The translations under genes were made by a program, and so were the position numbers. From the sequence record MK373792.1: a stretch of 64,000 bases of DNA, one strand, 5' to 3'. The stretch is from Escherichia phage vB_EcoS_VAH1. The notes beneath the pieces were generated by a model that saw only the letters and a program-made list of their open reading frames with translations, was not told the origin of the DNA and searched no databases. Position 1 is the stretch's first letter. Every line of letters starts with the position of its first letter. Positions 20,699-31,701 of this stretch are shown here, one piece after another.

Positions 20699-23548
20699 TT
20701 AAATAGTAGCCCAACTAACAGATTGTTCTCCGCTTTCTCCTTCAGCCCGTATTCTAAATCGTAATTTACGATTGATACCTAGAGCACTTGAGTTCAGCAA
20801 AGCAAAATCCGCCTTATTATATGTTAATAGGTAATCATAAGTATAGACATCTTCTATTCTAACACTACGAAGCATTCTATCTTGAGAATCATAAATTTCC
20901 AGAGTATAATAGATTTCAGGAATTATCTCCTCCTCTGGAATCTTATCCCAGGCAAGTTTGACATCTGGACCAACAAATTCAGTCACATCTCCTGAAGCAG
21001 TATTAACAACTCTAAAGTTACTAACTACACTTAAGTTCTTAGCTGAATTAAGGTCTACAGATAGTGTAACTGGGGAACTACGTCTACCATTAATATCTAC
21101 TGCGCGTAGCTCAAAAATAGCTAAACCAGCAGGCTCTCCTATAATCTCCTGAACCATTCTTTCATTAGGATTATTTTCCAGTTGTTGAACTATATAGGGA
21201 TCAACATGTCCAGAATGTGCAATAGAATAGTATACTACGTTATTTGTAAGACTAGGAAGCCAGGATAACTCACCATTCTTACCTATAGCACCAACTACGC
21301 CACCTGGAGTAGGGGTGTATTTAAAATCTCTAGGAGGTAGAACATTATTACTAATATCAGGAATATCATTACCACTATTATCTACCTGTTCTGAATTAAT
21401 AAATACATCTTCCCCATACTCTTGGAGAACTAGATTAATTTTACCATCACGAGTATTTTCTACTTCGTCAACCAGGAAGAATTTGTCCTTCCAGCCATAA
21501 CGTTCGTATGTGAAAGCAATAGGATCGTTAGGTTCTATACCTATAAATTTATATGGTACAGAAAAACTTAAAGTACGGGAGTATCTAGATTTCTTAAGTT
21601 CTCTATCTGCGTAACTCCTAGCGGTGTAGTAGTTAGTAATATTTGCAAAAGATAGCTGAAGTTTTTTGTCCAAACCCTTATCTTGTTCTTTAAACTTAGA
21701 GTTATAGAACGTAATAGAGTTTGTTTTCCAGCTTAGTGCAGGGTCTACTAGAGATGCTTGTACTGAGTTAAACTTATTTCTACCAGTAGTATCAGATAAG
21801 TCTAAGTCCCCATAAGTATCTAGAAAACTTATCTTCAAAGGAGTTGTAGAATGTTTTTCTACTGTTATTCTATACTCACCTGATAGGTTATTTATAGCTC
21901 CGCCAAAAGAATCCAGTACTCCTTGAACATTTTTAAATACTGATTCGGAGGTATCTAATATAGTGTTTAACTGAACTACTTGGCGGTGTTCAGAGATAGA
22001 ATCACTCCAACCAACATATCTCCAATATGGTTGCCAGCTAACCTGATAAGATTCATCAATTATATCTAGAATTTTTGCTTCTGATATAATCTTTTGTAGT
22101 GGGAACTGATCTAGAGTTATATTAGCTCCATAACGTTCAGAGGTTAGATAGTCCATAAGCTGCCAGATACCGTTAAGGCTAGTTTTATCAGCTTTAACAG
22201 ACCCATCAGAACTATATACTTTGACTTTCTTACCTTGTACTTCAGCACTAATTTCTGGAATTTCAGTTCTATTCTCATTAATAGTAAATCTAACTACAGC
22301 GTAGGCTGTGTCTAAGAGCTTATAACGAGAATCCCAGTATTCTGGTCCATTGCCGTTTTGATTCTGTAAATAGAAACCTTTTCTTTTAGCAATATCCACT
22401 AATACTTGAGCTGCTGTCTGGTCTGGTTTGCCATGAAAGGTCCATATTCTTATGTCACCATTACCATCATTATACTTATACTCCTGACCATGAACAGAAG
22501 GTTGAGAAGTGCTTGTACCCGCAGCTAATCTATGCATTGTATCACCCACTAGTTTCTTACGACCGAAGCAGGTTCTAGCATTGGAATCCGTTTCATCGAA
22601 ACAGATCATTGGGCTGTCCCCAATATAGAAATCTAGGAATCCGTCAATTTCTCCTTCCGAAAAAGCATAGACTACATACACTATATTAGGGTTATTTAGC
22701 TCAGTATCTGCAAAAATAGGGATACCAGGAATTTTCTGAACTCCATATACAACAGGTATAAATTTAGCAGCTAAGTTAAAGTCTAAGTCAACTTCTTTAG
22801 TTACAGTCTCATAATACTTTTTAAGACTGTAACTTCTTGATAGACCAAAGAGTTTCTTCTTGGACTGAAGTTTATAACGCTCTTCTTTTACTTGATACTT
22901 AGCTAAGATAGTGGTACTTTTATTAGAGTGGAAGAATCCATAGTCTTCTTGGTATTCAGGACGTTTAGCCCCATTAGAAGGCTGTAATTGCCCATTAACA
23001 ACTTCAAGTCCTCGATGAGAAGCATCATCGGTATAACGACCATTCACCCTATCAAAGTCATAGAACTGGTTGGAACAGTTCCATGTGATAACAGAGGTTC
23101 CTATCCCTGAAGTAGTAACATTATCTTTTATTCCGCCTCCGGTAATTCTACCGCGGAAGAATAATAAAGGCCCGTCTGTACTAGGATCTACGGGAAGAAT
23201 ATTTCCTTCTTCATCAATTATCGCTTGGTGTATAGTAATAGTTCTATCTAAGAAAGATACCCCATTTTGAACTAGTTTTAACACTTCATCTTCTGCTGTA
23301 CCAGTTATTGTAAAAGATAAGCTACCAATAGATAGTTGACGGTTCTGCTTATGGGAGCTTATACTTTTTACTTTACCTGATCTGTACAAAATACCATTAT
23401 ATGTAACATCTCTAAAATAGTCTGTCAGGTAGATATAAGTAGCAGCAGAGCCAGATGAACTAGGAAGTTCTAAAGCTATAAGACAAGCTGTTTTTAGCTT
23501 GTCATGAGTATTAAGGTATGTTTTAGCACTATCGAGTATCTGCTTCAT
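20699..23548 (-). CDS. baseplate hub protein (T5 pb3-like)
   Basis: 949-aa ORF immediately downstream of the Dit-like gene in the tail operon. Confidence 0.65.
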   Translation of the reverse strand: MKQILDSAKTYLNTHDKLKTACLIALELPSSSGSAATYIYLTDYFRDVTYNGILYRSGKVKSISSHKQNRQLSIGSLSFTITGTAEDEVLKLVQNGVSFLDRTITIHQAIIDEEGNILPVDPSTDGPLLFFRGRITGGGIKDNVTTSGIGTSVITWNCSNQFYDFDRVNGRYTDDASHRGLEVVNGQLQPSNGAKRPEYQEDYGFFHSNKSTTILAKYQVKEERYKLQSKKKLFGLSRSYSLKKYYETVTKEVDLDFNLAAKFIPVVYGVQKIPGIPIFADTELNNPNIVYVVYAFSEGEIDGFLDFYIGDSPMICFDETDSNARTCFGRKKLVGDTMHRLAAGTSTSQPSVHGQEYKYNDGNGDIRIWTFHGKPDQTAAQVLVDIAKRKGFYLQNQNGNGPEYWDSRYKLLDTAYAVVRFTINENRTEIPEISAEVQGKKVKVYSSDGSVKADKTSLNGIWQLMDYLTSERYGANITLDQFPLQKIISEAKILDIIDESYQVSWQPYWRYVGWSDSISEHRQVVQLNTILDTSESVFKNVQGVLDSFGGAINNLSGEYRITVEKHSTTPLKISFLDTYGDLDLSDTTGRNKFNSVQASLVDPALSWKTNSITFYNSKFKEQDKGLDKKLQLSFANITNYYTARSYADRELKKSRYSRTLSFSVPYKFIGIEPNDPIAFTYERYGWKDKFFLVDEVENTRDGKINLVLQEYGEDVFINSEQVDNSGNDIPDISNNVLPPRDFKYTPTPGGVVGAIGKNGELSWLPSLTNNVVYYSIAHSGHVDPYIVQQLENNPNERMVQEIIGEPAGLAIFELRAVDINGRRSSPVTLSVDLNSAKNLSVVSNFRVVNTASGDVTEFVGPDVKLAWDKIPEEEIIPEIYYTLEIYDSQDRMLRSVRIEDVYTYDYLLTYNKADFALLNSSALGINRKLRFRIRAEGESGEQSVSWATI

Positions 23549-24159
23549 AGACTTTCCCTCAAGGAAAGTGAAATACCAGAATAAGTACCATTGTTATTTA
23601 GGGTAGAACCGAAGGAATCTCCGTTCATTAGCTTAGTTCTAAATAAGATACCGTTAAAAACTGGTTTTTCACTACCCGTAGTAGTAATAAATAGATCAGG
23701 ATACAGGGAAATATTCCATACGTTTCCTGAACTACTAAAATTTGTTATTTTATAAACTTTAGGATGATTAGATAACTTAAATAAATCCCCAGCTTTTGGC
23801 TGCCCAGCTAATGTTCCATTAGTATTTAGTATAATTTGAGAACCTTTTTGACCGGCAGGTATGGTAACACTCTTAGTATCACCACGTACTCTAAATGCTT
23901 CATACTGAGGCAGGAGTACATCTAAATAATCTCCAGTTCTTTTATATTCTAAAAGCCTAGAGTCTAGAAATGCATATTCATCCGGGAAAAGTTCCGGGTA
24001 TGAGATATTAATTCCCCAGTATTGAGCAGATATTTTAACCTCTTTGACTTTACCATTAGGTAATTCATCACGAATCATAGGGTCGTTATCTACTAAATTG
24101 ACGCTTTCAAAACCTAACCCTGGGTACTCTGGGTTCGTGTATGGATCTGGTAGTCTCAT
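23545..24159 (-). CDS. distal tail protein (Dit-like)
   Basis: 204-aa ORF directly after the tape measure gene; conserved siphophage order TMP-Dit-hub. Confidence 0.6.
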   Translation of the reverse strand: MRLPDPYTNPEYPGLGFESVNLVDNDPMIRDELPNGKVKEVKISAQYWGINISYPELFPDEYAFLDSRLLEYKRTGDYLDVLLPQYEAFRVRGDTKSVTIPAGQKGSQIILNTNGTLAGQPKAGDLFKLSNHPKVYKITNFSSSGNVWNISLYPDLFITTTGSEKPVFNGILFRTKLMNGDSFGSTLNNNGTYSGISLSLRESL

Positions 24160-24228
24160 AGTTAATTTCTCCTCTTTAATAACAATATTATAATAGTATT
24201 GGAAAATTTTATCAAGAAATTTTTATTT

Positions 24229-24262
24229 TTCCATAAAGAAAAGGAGGACATAAAGTCCTCCT
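24229..24262 (-). terminator. Rho-independent terminator after the tape measure gene
   Basis: On the minus strand: GGAGGAC-TTTAT-GTCCTCC hairpin followed by TTTTCTTTATGG. Confidence 0.6.
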
Positions 24263-24268
24263 CCAATA

Positions 24269-27200
24269 TTAAGAATTACCAAGAGATTTCAGGGTGGTTC
24301 CATTCTCATTAAGAGCCAGTTCCACGGCATCTCTGAAAGCAGTACTATTATTCGATGCAAAATCTCTGAAGCTTGCTGCATCCATAGTGCTGATATTCAG
24401 GATAATAGGTCTACCAGAAGAGGACCTTGATCCTTCGGAAAGCTGATCATTAGGCGTAGCTTTCATAGGAACCATAGGAGTAATTACCTCGGTACCGTGC
24501 TCACCCATTTGATAGCTTACTCCAGGATACATCATACCGCCTTCCGCACGTGGAACAAAGGAGTTAGCATTACCGATACCTTTATCACCACGTAGATAGG
24601 ATAATTCTCCTGAGCTAGCCTGCATAGATACATCAACGTTCTTCTGTCGTTCACCTAGGGTTAAATACTGAGTAGTATCTGCTCCAGAGTCAGCGATAGA
24701 AGACATACCAGATGCGGAAGATGCCTGAGCAAGAGCTAGTGCACCTGCCAAACCTGCCGCCACCATTAGAGGAATAGAGAACGGATATGGTACAGCTGTT
24801 GCTGCTTGCATTACTGCTACTGCTGTCTGAATGATAATCTGTTTCTTAGCTGCATCCTGTTGAATTTTAAGCTTTTCAGCTTCTAATTTCTTCAGTTTAG
24901 CTTTAGATGCCTCAGATTTACCATCACGCTTCTGTTCTGCGGCAATAGCCTGATCAATTGCACTAACCTGCTGACTAGTACTGTATTGAATCATAGAAGC
25001 CACAGTTTGCATACCAGAAGCAATCATAGACGTAGTATCTAAAGATCCCTGAGAGAATTGAATCATAGCATTAGTTAAATTACCCATGCTTTGAGCCACA
25101 GCGGTTGCTTCGGAATTTAATTCAGATAACTTAGAGATCGCCTGGTCATAAGAAGCCATTCTATTTTGCATATCAGCAAAATCTTTATCTTCTCCGATTA
25201 ACCCAGTAGTAGGAGTATAAGTAGCCCCAACAGAAGATCCTACCTGTTGCTGCATTTGACTTTCTCTCTGCTTTCTGAGTTGCTCTAGAGCAGCAACAGT
25301 TTTATAAATCTCATTACGATACTTAAGCTCTTCTTCCGTATTACCCTTAGATAGTTCCAGCTGTTGCTGCAGAATGGATAGTCTTTCCGTAAGAATTTGG
25401 GATTGGCCAGTAACATTTCTTTGTGTTTGGCTGACTTCTAGTGCATCCATGAGAGCTGATACATGTGAGGCAGTTGCTTGTTTTTCTGCTTCCCATAGCT
25501 CTCTGCTTATTTGTGCTTGCGCACGTCTAGACTGTTCCGCCTCTTTTTGTTTATCTGCCTGTTTTGTATACCATTCGTACTTCTCTTTCTCTATAGTTAG
25601 TTCTAGTTTTAGCTGAGCTAATCTATATTGAGTAGTAGTCATAGTACGGTCATTCAGAAGAGCTATCTCACGATCTACACCAAGAATTTTATCTGTGTAA
25701 TCCTTAACCTTCTTCTGAGCTTCCATACCCTGATTGGTAAGTTTAAGTTTCTCCAGCTGAATTTTTTCAATTTCTTTCTCAACAGCTTTATTTCCCTGGT
25801 TTGTTTGAAGAACACGTCGTAAAGCAGCTTCTTGCTCTTCTAACTGTTGCAACTCTAAACGTCTACCAGCTTCCTGAGCTTTTTCCTTATCCTTAGTTTG
25901 ATTATACACATCAGCTATTTTCTGTTGAACTGCTAACTGATTTTTAGTTTCATTACCAGTTAGTTTAACATACTCAGATAGAGCCTGAGAAGCAGTTTTC
26001 ATCTCAGATAACGTATTATAGCCTAAGTTAAGATTTTTAACGTACTCATCAGCACTTTTACCTGTTCCTATAGATAGGGACTCTATATTTTTTATAACAG
26101 CTACTAAAGTAGCGCTAGTTTTAGCCGCGGTATCTGTACTCTGAGCAACGTTCTGCATATCATTAGCTAAGTCACCAGCTGTTTTCTTAGTTTGATTATA
26201 CGCTTTCTGTTCTTCGGTTAGTCCTTTTAGTACTGCAGAGTTAAAATCATATACAGCACCAGGATCAGTAGTATCCCTATGTAGGTTAATCTGTTTTTGG
26301 AATTCTGGGTTAGCTTTTGCAGCGGCAGCACCCGCAGCTTGATAGGCTGACTTCCAAGCATTAAGGTTTTCAGTAGAGTCATCAACTTCTTTGCTTAACC
26401 TTGCTATCTGTAGTCCCATAGCTGCGGTTTCCTCTACGAACTTTTTATTAGCTTCGGAAGAACCTATGCGCATCCCTCCTACTTCAAATCCCCCAGCAGC
26501 TAACCCAACAGGCATTCCCTCACCCACCAACCTAATAGCGGCGGCAGTACTAGCGTCTGCTTGGGACATTCGTTTATCGAACTCAGATTTTAGCTTATTA
26601 CGCTTATCAAGGGATTCCCTATACATATCTAGAGCTTTATTATACCCTTCTTCAGAAGCGGCTAAACTTAAAGCAACAGCACCAACGTTGGTAGGATCTA
26701 TCTGTCTATTAGTCTTTTCTTGGGCTCTAGCTGCTTCAGCAGATACAGAAGCCTGAGAAGTATAGAATACCGTATTGATGGCATCGATTACTGGTCCTAA
26801 ATACTTAGCAGCAGCCTGCTGAATCTTTCTCAGTGCGGCATCAGCATTAGCGGCAAATTGCTCCCATGGAGTAGCTCGCAGAACTTCATCTAGATACCCA
26901 AAACGTCTGGTAGATTCTGCTATAACAGCATTGGCATACGCCTGCTGTTTCTGGAAAGTAGTAAGACTATTAATGTTATAAGTTATACCTGTGTTAGCAG
27001 CATTTAGCTGTTTAACATAGTCAGCATATGCGTCATTAAGACGAATAGTAACACCAAGTTCATCCAGAAGTTCTATTTCCTGTTTTGATACACCCTTGAT
27101 TACACGATTAAGCGCATCAGTCATATCAACACCAAGAACAGCAGCAGCACGACGAGCTACTAGACCAAATTTATTAAGTTGTTCAGCATCAAATCCGTAC

Positions 27201-27976
27201 GCAGAAGCAGAGGATGCTTGTCTCATTGCTTCTTCAAAGGAGATAGCATATCCGGCAGCTTCTTGTAGTGATCTAGCAAGAGACTGAACAGGAGTACCCG
27301 TCTGAGTACCTACTATAACACCAAATTTTTCTAGACGATTTAGCTGATCACCTAACTTAAGTTGCTCGAATGCAGATTGCAAAACGAAGATGTTGGAAGC
27401 AAGAGCTGCATACATAATAGGTAAACTACCACCGATCTTAGCCATTGCTGCAAAATCACGGGTAGCCCCACGTGCCGAACCAGAAGTATTACCAATAGCT
27501 CTAGAAGCTCTACCAGCGGCACTAGCAGTATCATTAAAACCTCTAGCTGTACCACCTAAAACTCTATTGGTGTCATACAATCTATCTTGAACTTTCTCTG
27601 TTGCAGCTGCAACATCATTACCCATTGCTTTAACAGATCTAGAAACTCCATCGAATCCAATTTCTAGTTTATCTGTTACTTCAATAAGTTGGATAGCCAG
27701 GTAATCTAGCTTATCACCAATACCATCAATGGATTTAGTGATACCAGCCATACCCCTACTAGCCTGCATTTTAGTAAGACTTCTTGCTGCTCTATCTGCT
27801 GCCCTCTCAATGGAGTATAGAGTTTTGGGCATTTTACCTAACTGTTCGTTTGTTAGTTCAGAAGCAGCAGCAGCGTTCTCTAATGCATCAGCTACGTTTT
27901 CAATAGACTTTGCAGTACGGGTTGCCCCCTTCTGTTTAACGTCTATTAATAATTCTCGTATTAGCTTATCAGTCAT
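24269..27976 (-). CDS. tail tape measure protein
   Basis: 1235 aa, largely alpha-helical/coiled-coil with hydrophobic segments, in the tail operon. Confidence 0.9.
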   Translation of the reverse strand: MTDKLIRELLIDVKQKGATRTAKSIENVADALENAAAASELTNEQLGKMPKTLYSIERAADRAARSLTKMQASRGMAGITKSIDGIGDKLDYLAIQLIEVTDKLEIGFDGVSRSVKAMGNDVAAATEKVQDRLYDTNRVLGGTARGFNDTASAAGRASRAIGNTSGSARGATRDFAAMAKIGGSLPIMYAALASNIFVLQSAFEQLKLGDQLNRLEKFGVIVGTQTGTPVQSLARSLQEAAGYAISFEEAMRQASSASAYGFDAEQLNKFGLVARRAAAVLGVDMTDALNRVIKGVSKQEIELLDELGVTIRLNDAYADYVKQLNAANTGITYNINSLTTFQKQQAYANAVIAESTRRFGYLDEVLRATPWEQFAANADAALRKIQQAAAKYLGPVIDAINTVFYTSQASVSAEAARAQEKTNRQIDPTNVGAVALSLAASEEGYNKALDMYRESLDKRNKLKSEFDKRMSQADASTAAAIRLVGEGMPVGLAAGGFEVGGMRIGSSEANKKFVEETAAMGLQIARLSKEVDDSTENLNAWKSAYQAAGAAAAKANPEFQKQINLHRDTTDPGAVYDFNSAVLKGLTEEQKAYNQTKKTAGDLANDMQNVAQSTDTAAKTSATLVAVIKNIESLSIGTGKSADEYVKNLNLGYNTLSEMKTASQALSEYVKLTGNETKNQLAVQQKIADVYNQTKDKEKAQEAGRRLELQQLEEQEAALRRVLQTNQGNKAVEKEIEKIQLEKLKLTNQGMEAQKKVKDYTDKILGVDREIALLNDRTMTTTQYRLAQLKLELTIEKEKYEWYTKQADKQKEAEQSRRAQAQISRELWEAEKQATASHVSALMDALEVSQTQRNVTGQSQILTERLSILQQQLELSKGNTEEELKYRNEIYKTVAALEQLRKQRESQMQQQVGSSVGATYTPTTGLIGEDKDFADMQNRMASYDQAISKLSELNSEATAVAQSMGNLTNAMIQFSQGSLDTTSMIASGMQTVASMIQYSTSQQVSAIDQAIAAEQKRDGKSEASKAKLKKLEAEKLKIQQDAAKKQIIIQTAVAVMQAATAVPYPFSIPLMVAAGLAGALALAQASSASGMSSIADSGADTTQYLTLGERQKNVDVSMQASSGELSYLRGDKGIGNANSFVPRAEGGMMYPGVSYQMGEHGTEVITPMVPMKATPNDQLSEGSRSSSGRPIILNISTMDAASFRDFASNNSTAFRDAVELALNENGTTLKSLGNS

Positions 27977-27988
27977 ATTTTATTTTTC

Positions 27989-28024
27989 CCAATAAAAAAG
28001 GCTCTGGGCAAATCACCCAGAGCC
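27989..28024 (-). terminator. hairpin plus T-run element immediately upstream of the tape measure start codon
   Basis: On the minus strand: GGCTCTGGG-TGATTTG-CCCAGAGCC then TTTTTTATTGGGAAAAATAAAAT-ATG. Confidence 0.5.
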
Positions 28025-28059
28025 AAGCCTCATCGTGGAACGCCCATTGGAGGAAACTT

Positions 28060-28428
28060 TTACCGTGCTCGAGATTTGGCGTGCGGCTTAACGTTAGGTA
28101 TTCTACCGTTTTGCGGCTTATGCTTCTCAGCACGTTTACGTGCAGCGTCTACAGCTTTAGCATCAAATATATTGATGATGTGTAGAACAAATTCTTTTTC
28201 TATAGGATCGGTAATCCCATAAATATCGAATAAAACACCTAAAGCAGCTTTGTCTTTACCTATAAATATAGGAAAGTCGCCAGGTATGAAACAGTCAACT
28301 AGACTATTATAAATATTCATACTAATAGCTACAATAGGTGGAAAATCTTCAAGTTCAACAGGCATAGCCTTAGGATCAGGTTCTATACCCATTGATTCAC
28401 AAAGTATTAAATATTGTTGTTTAGTCAT
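28060..28428 (-). CDS. putative tail assembly chaperone
   Basis: Small ORF directly upstream of the tape measure gene; assignment by position only. Confidence 0.4.
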   Translation of the reverse strand: MTKQQYLILCESMGIEPDPKAMPVELEDFPPIVAISMNIYNSLVDCFIPGDFPIFIGKDKAALGVLFDIYGITDPIEKEFVLHIINIFDAKAVDAARKRAEKHKPQNGRIPNVKPHAKSRAR

Positions 28429-28489
28429 TTTAGATGCTGAGCTTTTAATACACTTATCTGCAAAATCAGCAACAGCATCTAGTAATTCT

Positions 28490-28894
28490 TTACGCTTTTG
28501 AGCTACGAAAAGTGTCTAAATGGAACACTGTCTGGTTGATCCAAGAATCAAACGCAGCAGAGTTCTGCATAAGCATTACAGCATTATCACGACTAAATGG
28601 AACTTCAGTAGCAGGATCAGCATCTGTTTCAATCAGCATCAGTTTTTCAACGTCACCTACAGTCAAACCAGTCCAACCTTTAATCGCAGCATCAACGAAA
28701 GCTTCAATAAACTTATCATCATCTTGTACCTGAATCAAAGTACCATTAACCCACTCGTCACGCTTAGCAGAGGTGATAACTCGTTTAGAAGTAGCACGAG
28801 ACATATAATTAAGCTCTAGCTTAAAGTTCGGCATACCTGGGTATGAAAGAGTGACAGTACGAGTTTCTAGAGTAATATCTTTTAAGTTAATCAT
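28490..28894 (-). CDS. putative tail assembly chaperone
   Basis: Small ORF upstream of the tape measure gene; assignment by position only. Confidence 0.4.
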   Translation of the reverse strand: MINLKDITLETRTVTLSYPGMPNFKLELNYMSRATSKRVITSAKRDEWVNGTLIQVQDDDKFIEAFVDAAIKGWTGLTVGDVEKLMLIETDADPATEVPFSRDNAVMLMQNSAAFDSWINQTVFHLDTFRSSKA

Positions 28895-29790
28895 TATTTT
28901 CTTTCTCCAAAGAAGTTTATTTCTACAGGATCTGAATCAGCAGTAGGAATTACATCATACTCTACCTGATACAAATCTGAGAAGTTTAGGCGTTTTGAAA
29001 TACGTGCTAAAGGGAATGTTATAGAAACATACTTATTTTTAATAATTAGTGGAGTTCTTGTTTCAGGGTCTAGATTCAAGAACTTATCTCCTACCAATCT
29101 CTTAACGTAATAGAAAGCTAGTGTTGCGGAAGCATTCATTTCATTGACATAAGCTCGTTTATTAGTATAAACTTTGTTTATATCAAATATACTTCTATCT
29201 TCTCTCCAAGAACATTGTTGTTGGAAGGACATAGATGCTGAAATTAATGCCGGCAGCGGCGCGCTATTAGTATACACAGCTGGAGGACTATACGGAAGTA
29301 CTTCACCTTGTGTAATTGTATATCCATCACGGAAAGTAGATACTTCAGAGAATTTTCCAGACTCAATACCAACATTTAGAATTGGTACACTCTTATCTAG
29401 AGAAAAATCAACTGTTGATACATAACAGTTTTCGAAATAAATACAGCTATTATTATAATTAATAATATACATATTGAACATAATAGGTTCAATATTAGGA
29501 GTATTTCTTGGCAAAAATAAAGAATTTCCCTCACGCGTGAATCCCATCCAATCAAAGAAATTAGACTCAATAAGCGTAGTACTGAAATTTATTGCCAATG
29601 AAATAGATGAAGGATCTTGAGCATTAATAATAGAGTCTGCATAGTTAGTACGATTATGGATAGTACGTCTAAGAGTCTTAAACTCTTGAAAAGACGTACT
29701 AGCATCATAGTTAGAGAGGGCATCGAAATGATACCCCCTACCATCGTACTCAATAACTATTTTAGACTCTCGCATGAGAGAATAAAACAT
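28894..29790 (-). CDS. tail protein
   Basis: 298-aa ORF between the tail tube and chaperone genes. Confidence 0.45.
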   Translation of the reverse strand: MFYSLMRESKIVIEYDGRGYHFDALSNYDASTSFQEFKTLRRTIHNRTNYADSIINAQDPSSISLAINFSTTLIESNFFDWMGFTREGNSLFLPRNTPNIEPIMFNMYIINYNNSCIYFENCYVSTVDFSLDKSVPILNVGIESGKFSEVSTFRDGYTITQGEVLPYSPPAVYTNSAPLPALISASMSFQQQCSWREDRSIFDINKVYTNKRAYVNEMNASATLAFYYVKRLVGDKFLNLDPETRTPLIIKNKYVSITFPLARISKRLNFSDLYQVEYDVIPTADSDPVEINFFGERK

Positions 29791-29794
29791 TTAA

Positions 29795-31186
29795 TTAACC
29801 ACCTGTTACAGTAATCTGTTTAGTACCTTTAACTCCAGAACCATCTTTAGCAGTAGCTTCTACAGTTACTGCACCAGTTTTACTAGCATGTGCTGTTAAT
29901 AGTCCTGTTGCACTGATAGTAGCTGCATCGCCAGCAGTAATAGCCCAGGTAACATCCTTATTCCTTGCGGAAGAAGGAGTAACTTCAACGCTCATCTGAA
30001 GAGTTTGTCCAGTCCGAACAGAAGTAGCATCACCGGCAGATTTAACAGTAATTGCGGTTACAGCATCAATAGCACCATCACCATTAACAATCAAATTATT
30101 AATAGTTGTTTTGGTATATTTACTAGAGAAGCCCAAGTAACCCTCATCACCAGCATCCAGATCTGACGGAATAGCCTTAAATTCTACCGAAGTACCAAGT
30201 ACATCATCAGTCTCAATAGTAGGAATATTAACGTGTGCCTGTTTAGCTACCAGAATAGCGGCAGGACGTTCATCATCGTATTCACCACCAAGTACCAGAG
30301 CGATTTCGAAGCGGTTAACTACTTTCAGAGTTTTGATAAGATCTTTATACAGTTCCATAGAACCAAGAGATTTATCATTCAGATAGGCAGTTAATGAACC
30401 AGTTAATTCAAAAGCACCAGTAAAGGAACCAATTGGAATAGTAACACGGGACATTACATTAGGTGTTAGGTAAGTAATGTTGTTGTTAATAGTAAAAGTA
30501 CCACCGGTAATTGGTATGTCATAAGACTTATTGGTATCCATATCCTTGATCTTCAAGACGGTTAGTTTGTTCTTAATGTAAGAACCCTGGATAGTCATAT
30601 AAGTTTCATCATCAATACCTATTTCATCCGGATCAAATGGTTGCTCATCCAGCGGGATTAACTGGTTACCATTACCAGACCAAGTTACACGACCAATATC
30701 TTCGATATCAACGTTAACTTCTGCCTGATTAATCTGACAGGAATCAATATAACTCCATGCTTTATCAGTCAGAATATAAATATGTAACATTGCTAACTCA
30801 TGATAGGAGTTATCTTTGAAGTTAACCATGAAGTTAGTTGCGTTATTGTGTGCCCCTGTATTACCTTCTAAGTTAATAGCTTTACCACTAGAAAGTGCAT
30901 GCCATAACATATAGTCAGGAACAATTTGTTTGCTAGTAGTTTTATCTTTATACGGTAGGATGTAAGTAGAGAAACTCCACTCAGCTGCGTTTAAAGAATC
31001 GTTAAAACGTTTAGAACCACGAGTTGGACGCGGACCAGCTTCATTAACAGTAATATCTGTTGAGTTACTGTCCTGACCCCAAGAAATATCATCCTGAACT
31101 AGAATCTCTTGCGTGTTGGTCTTATTATGACCAGTCTTAACCGTAGACACGAAGATTCGAGTATTACGTAATAGTTGTAAAGACAT
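29795..31186 (-). CDS. major tail tube protein with C-terminal Ig-like (Big_2-like) domain
   Basis: 463 aa; C-terminal ...VKSAGDATSVRTGQTLQMSVEVTPSSARNKDVTWAI...VTVEATAKDGSGVKGTKQITV is a typical bacterial Ig-like domain. Confidence 0.8.
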   Translation of the reverse strand: MSLQLLRNTRIFVSTVKTGHNKTNTQEILVQDDISWGQDSNSTDITVNEAGPRPTRGSKRFNDSLNAAEWSFSTYILPYKDKTTSKQIVPDYMLWHALSSGKAINLEGNTGAHNNATNFMVNFKDNSYHELAMLHIYILTDKAWSYIDSCQINQAEVNVDIEDIGRVTWSGNGNQLIPLDEQPFDPDEIGIDDETYMTIQGSYIKNKLTVLKIKDMDTNKSYDIPITGGTFTINNNITYLTPNVMSRVTIPIGSFTGAFELTGSLTAYLNDKSLGSMELYKDLIKTLKVVNRFEIALVLGGEYDDERPAAILVAKQAHVNIPTIETDDVLGTSVEFKAIPSDLDAGDEGYLGFSSKYTKTTINNLIVNGDGAIDAVTAITVKSAGDATSVRTGQTLQMSVEVTPSSARNKDVTWAITAGDAATISATGLLTAHASKTGAVTVEATAKDGSGVKGTKQITVTGG

Positions 31187-31212
31187 TTAATTATTTTCTC
31201 CTAATCTGTAAC

Positions 31213-31698
31213 TTATCTGCGAAGTGACCTACGTGGAGGCTGATACCTCACTGTTACATTTATTTCTGCTAAACCATATGGGGCCAGTAGACCCTCATCT
31301 GTACTAACTGATGTAATGATCATATCAGTTACCTCACATGGGAAGGTCGATCCATTAGGTTTACTAACAGTATATTCTAAATTTCCACCTGTGTCAATAA
31401 CGGTTTTTATATCCGCTACGAGTTTTTCAAGTTGCTCTTGAATGTCTGTTTTCTCTTTATCGTACACCAGGATTGGAAGTTCTAAAAACATCCACTGTTG
31501 GCCTGAAGGAAGATACTGCCCAGTTTCAGTTCCGATATGAACTGCTACATAAGGAAACTCTCGTATTTCCTCAAATTTATAAGTTTGACGAGAAACGTTT
31601 CCATATAGGTTATTAAAATATTCGTCAGGTTGAGAACCATCCATTTGTTTAGAGATTCGGTCAACCATAGCTTGTGCAATACTTGTTCTATGGTCCAT
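31213..31698 (-). CDS. putative tail terminator protein
   Basis: 161-aa ORF immediately upstream of the tail tube gene. Confidence 0.5.
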   Translation of the reverse strand: MDHRTSIAQAMVDRISKQMDGSQPDEYFNNLYGNVSRQTYKFEEIREFPYVAVHIGTETGQYLPSGQQWMFLELPILVYDKEKTDIQEQLEKLVADIKTVIDTGGNLEYTVSKPNGSTFPCEVTDMIITSVSTDEGLLAPYGLAEINVTVRYQPPRRSLRR

Positions 31699-31701
31699 TT
31701 A